This document shows, piece after piece, positions 62,001 through 64,000 of a DNA stretch of 64,000 nt (positions within the stretch are counted from its first letter, which is position 1; the number at the start of each line of letters is the position of its first letter). The DNA lies in the sequence record KY555144.1; one strand, written 5' to 3'. Both the position numbers and the translations under genes were made by a program. The notes beneath the pieces were generated by a model. The model did not search any database and was not told the origin of the DNA. It worked only from the letters and a program-made list of their open reading frames with translations.

Positions 62001-64000
62001 GACCTGAAGGACGCCACGGCGAACTTCAAGAAGGACCTGGAGCCGCTCAACTTCAACGACCTCTTCAAGCGCGCCTCGGCCCTGGCTGATGGCAGCTTCG
62101 CACGCACCGCCGCCGCGTCCAAGCCGGGCGGCGTGATGGCGCCGCCGGCCGTGGCGACCCAACAGACCGCCGCCACCATCAAGACCGTCATGGCCTCGAT
62201 GGGCGATCGCGTGTACGCGACGGCTGGTCAGCACCTCGGACAGACCGAGGCCAAGGATGCGGCGTCGCTGCAAGCCTACTTCAAGGCCAACGGCGTCACC
62301 ATCGACCCCAAGAAGCTCTCCTGGTGCGCGGCCTTCGTCAACGCGGTCCTGGCCCAGAACGGGCTCTCGGGCTCGGGCTCGCTGGCGGCTTCGTCCTTCA
62401 AGGACTATGGCGACGAGGTCTCGCGCACTGACGCCCGCAAGGGTGACATCGTCGTCCTCAAGCCCCAGGCGGCGGGCGCCACCGGTCACGTCGGCTTCCT
62501 CGACGGCTTCGACCGTCAAGGCAACGTGCGGGTGCTGGGCGGCAACCAAGGCGCGGCCGGTGGTGGCGGCGTCAACGTCTCGACCTTCGCCTCCAATCAG
62601 GTCGTCTCCTTCCGCCGCACGGGCAGCGGCGGGGCCTCCAACTTCCTGGGCGGCGGCATCACCGAGGCCCAGGGCGAAGAAGGCGGCTCGCGCTACGAGC
62701 GCCGGATGAACGCCTTCAAGGCGCTCGGGACGATCACCGGCCAAGCCTCGCCGGCCGCCGACGCCCTGGCCGACTACCAAGGCAACCTCGAAAAGCTGCG
62801 CGACATCATCGTCTCGGAAGAGAAGCTGATGAAGGACGTCGGAGGCGACGGCCAGTCGTTCTTCAACAAGACGAACCTGGAAGCCCTGGTCGCCGCCCAG
62901 AAGAAGTGGAACCGCTCGATCGTCGAGGCGCTCAACCCGATCGCCAAGGAAGCCCGGAGCCTCTCCGAGGCCAACGACGTCCTGCAACTGCGCGCCAAGG
63001 GCCTGTCGCAGGAAGCCGACTGGCAAGAGCGCCTGACCGAACTGCGCAACTCCGGCATCAATGTCGACCTGATGCAGGACGAGGCCAAGTGGACCCAGTA
63101 CCTGAACGAGTTGAAGAAGCAGGGCCTGGAGATCGACGTCAAGGCCCTGCAACTGAAGCCGGACGAACTGCGCTACCAGCAAGGCCGCGCCGAGGCGCTC
63201 CAGGCTGAACTCGACCTGACCAAGGCGCTGAATGACGCCAAGCTGGCGGGCATCGCCCGCACCGGCTCCAGCTACGACCGCACTCTGTCGGGCCTCGTCG
63301 CCGGCAAGGGCCGCGACGGCGAGACGCTCGATCAGACCCGCCAGCGTCTGGCGGGGTCGGTCGGCAGCGACGGCCGCAACGCGCTGGAGGCCCTGCAAGA
63401 GCAGGCCGGCGTGATGGAAGGCTCGCGCATGGCCGACGTCAAGGCCAGCATGCAGTCGCAGCTTGAGATCATGCGCGAGAGCGCGCGCCTCAACAACACC
63501 CAGCGCGGCATCTACGACGACTACCGCAACATCCTGGGCGAACTGCTGAACAAGCAGGGCGCCTCGCTGAAGGAACTGCTGGACTCGGCCGACGAGGAGA
63601 CCAAACGTCTCGCCCAGTCGTTCGTCCGCGCCAAGGCGGACTTTGAAAACCCGCCCGGCTTCCAGAAGTGGGCCGACTCCCTGGAACCGCTGGACAAGCG
63701 CCTCCAGGACATCAAGGCCAACTTCCTCGACAACTTCTCCGGCGGCATCACCGATGCGCTGCTGGGTGAGAAGGTCGACTGGAAGGCGATGCTGCACGAC
63801 ACCTTCAAGCAGATGCTGCGCGCCCAGGTCGATGAGGGTCTGAAGAGCCTCACCTACAAGCTGCTCGGCCAGGGTGGCGACCAGGGCGCGGCCCAAACCC
63901 CCGAAGCCCAGGCGCTGGTCTCGGCGGCCGATGTCCAATTGCAGGCCGGCAACAGCCTGCAACAAGCCGCCGCGAGCCTGATGCAGGCGGCTCAGACCAC
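59085..64000 (+). CDS. Tape measure protein (3'-truncated) with internal CHAP/NlpC-like domain
   Basis: MDSEALKLKIDS...; tape-measure domain about 60060-60620; WCAAFV...GHVGF...LGGNQ at about 62214-62618. Confidence 0.92.
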   Translation, partial: MDSEALKLKIDSSQARTDLDALAKSLDRASKAAGAMQSNLAKGVDKSNEALSRGAKNIEKFARVTAELSKVKLSGDPAKQLTEFANAVSAVARAREISAAKLNGLSKFVQVGAAISKLRFTGESFSGLHALTQAMDEAGRARAVSAAKLKSFVDYMEVAARASRLRFSSQTSEALKSLASAMDAVARSRVVSPQKLAAFKELFATLATAKGVPNAGAIARDLDTIAGAASRAAKAMAELKGARSGMGSMRASGGSGGGGGIASGASSNVKRFNEEVAKVKGHTDNAAKGVDGLGKGLGFLTGRFNLSYQAGTLFSALFSSFTFGQLVKGIYDTTVSFQKLNKAMLFVTGTYAGAHKATQDFIDISVQLGASVEDNADAYSRFAISSAAAGLKLNDVNKIYRSTQLALTAVGANSEQVGYAFYGLSQAMAKGKISSEEFNRQIGEQIPGNAQAGARALSKLTGQQKSVADLFDEMRKGTLQSAPFLKAWADEINRMFAPLLPEAEKRPDFQLNKLKTAFSLWKVEVGRSQFIGALTTQFKKLSDMLIVVDGDHQVLTERGRKLAESFGKGLAQAVNILGNALAWLADNLDKVVAVIKVVGALAIGNEFAKWGRQVAAFADNMLGVKRAIEEVSAAETAASGKRAVTSKAGAVNAVSTVASDRMAMATNRTRNAVMGGTFVANAVAPAVRQSPQFSQLSYLTGNPTSPTRGAPTFGRRQPYTGTMTFDARPTGRAGGMGGLFAAMGSGAATAATGAFTGLRKALNVLPGVALAGAVALAIFGNSITKLNDKAVSYNNIAAGALGTVGDEIGNGMTGLINGIRGLFGAQQKAQGTGDWLVDLSATLIVFGKAIFTLATTLGKILGTLMANVIIPWIELGQKLASGDLKGAAAKSGEVLMGQLGKGNRERWAELGKELGKDWGKALDYAGTRQSIVNGALKSAAGDSATPQGASDKLTEAALAQMKAADQQALAAADLKDATANFKKDLEPLNFNDLFKRASALADGSFARTAAASKPGGVMAPPAVATQQTAATIKTVMASMGDRVYATAGQHLGQTEAKDAASLQAYFKANGVTIDPKKLSWCAAFVNAVLAQNGLSGSGSLAASSFKDYGDEVSRTDARKGDIVVLKPQAAGATGHVGFLDGFDRQGNVRVLGGNQGAAGGGGVNVSTFASNQVVSFRRTGSGGASNFLGGGITEAQGEEGGSRYERRMNAFKALGTITGQASPAADALADYQGNLEKLRDIIVSEEKLMKDVGGDGQSFFNKTNLEALVAAQKKWNRSIVEALNPIAKEARSLSEANDVLQLRAKGLSQEADWQERLTELRNSGINVDLMQDEAKWTQYLNELKKQGLEIDVKALQLKPDELRYQQGRAEALQAELDLTKALNDAKLAGIARTGSSYDRTLSGLVAGKGRDGETLDQTRQRLAGSVGSDGRNALEALQEQAGVMEGSRMADVKASMQSQLEIMRESARLNNTQRGIYDDYRNILGELLNKQGASLKELLDSADEETKRLAQSFVRAKADFENPPGFQKWADSLEPLDKRLQDIKANFLDNFSGGITDALLGEKVDWKAMLHDTFKQMLRAQVDEGLKSLTYKLLGQGGDQGAAQTPEAQALVSAADVQLQAGNSLQQAAASLMQAAQT

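Noticed and set aside
56108-63965. 815-aa and 1627-aa minus-strand ORFs
   Set aside because: Shadows of tail tube and tape measure genes

Overview
64-kb segment of a lytic phiCbK-like Caulobacter siphophage (Dolichocephalovirinae type, high GC); the exact isolate cannot be named from sequence alone. Order: 3' end of the large terminase; a ~10-kb repeat-rich block of small early genes driven by repeated CtrA-box promoters (probably the long direct terminal repeat); a dense run of small hypothetical genes with MazG-like, HD, DHH, DEDDh and HNH enzymes; portal, scaffold, major and minor capsid genes; fibre/filament genes including a 2796-aa Gly-rich protein; 31 tRNA or tRNA-like genes; PhoH; neck, tail tube, a -1 frameshifted tail chaperone and a 3'-truncated tape measure gene. 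Main finding: two tRNA arrays each sit behind their own promoter, a short leader ORF and an intrinsic terminator with competing antiterminator helices, and each leader's codons match the amino-acid set of the tRNAs downstream (P/T/K/L/H/A/S and Y/F/V/I/Q/N/R). This looks like ribosome-mediated, multi-amino-acid attenuation of phage tRNA operons. All structures were read by eye; no folding or database search was run.
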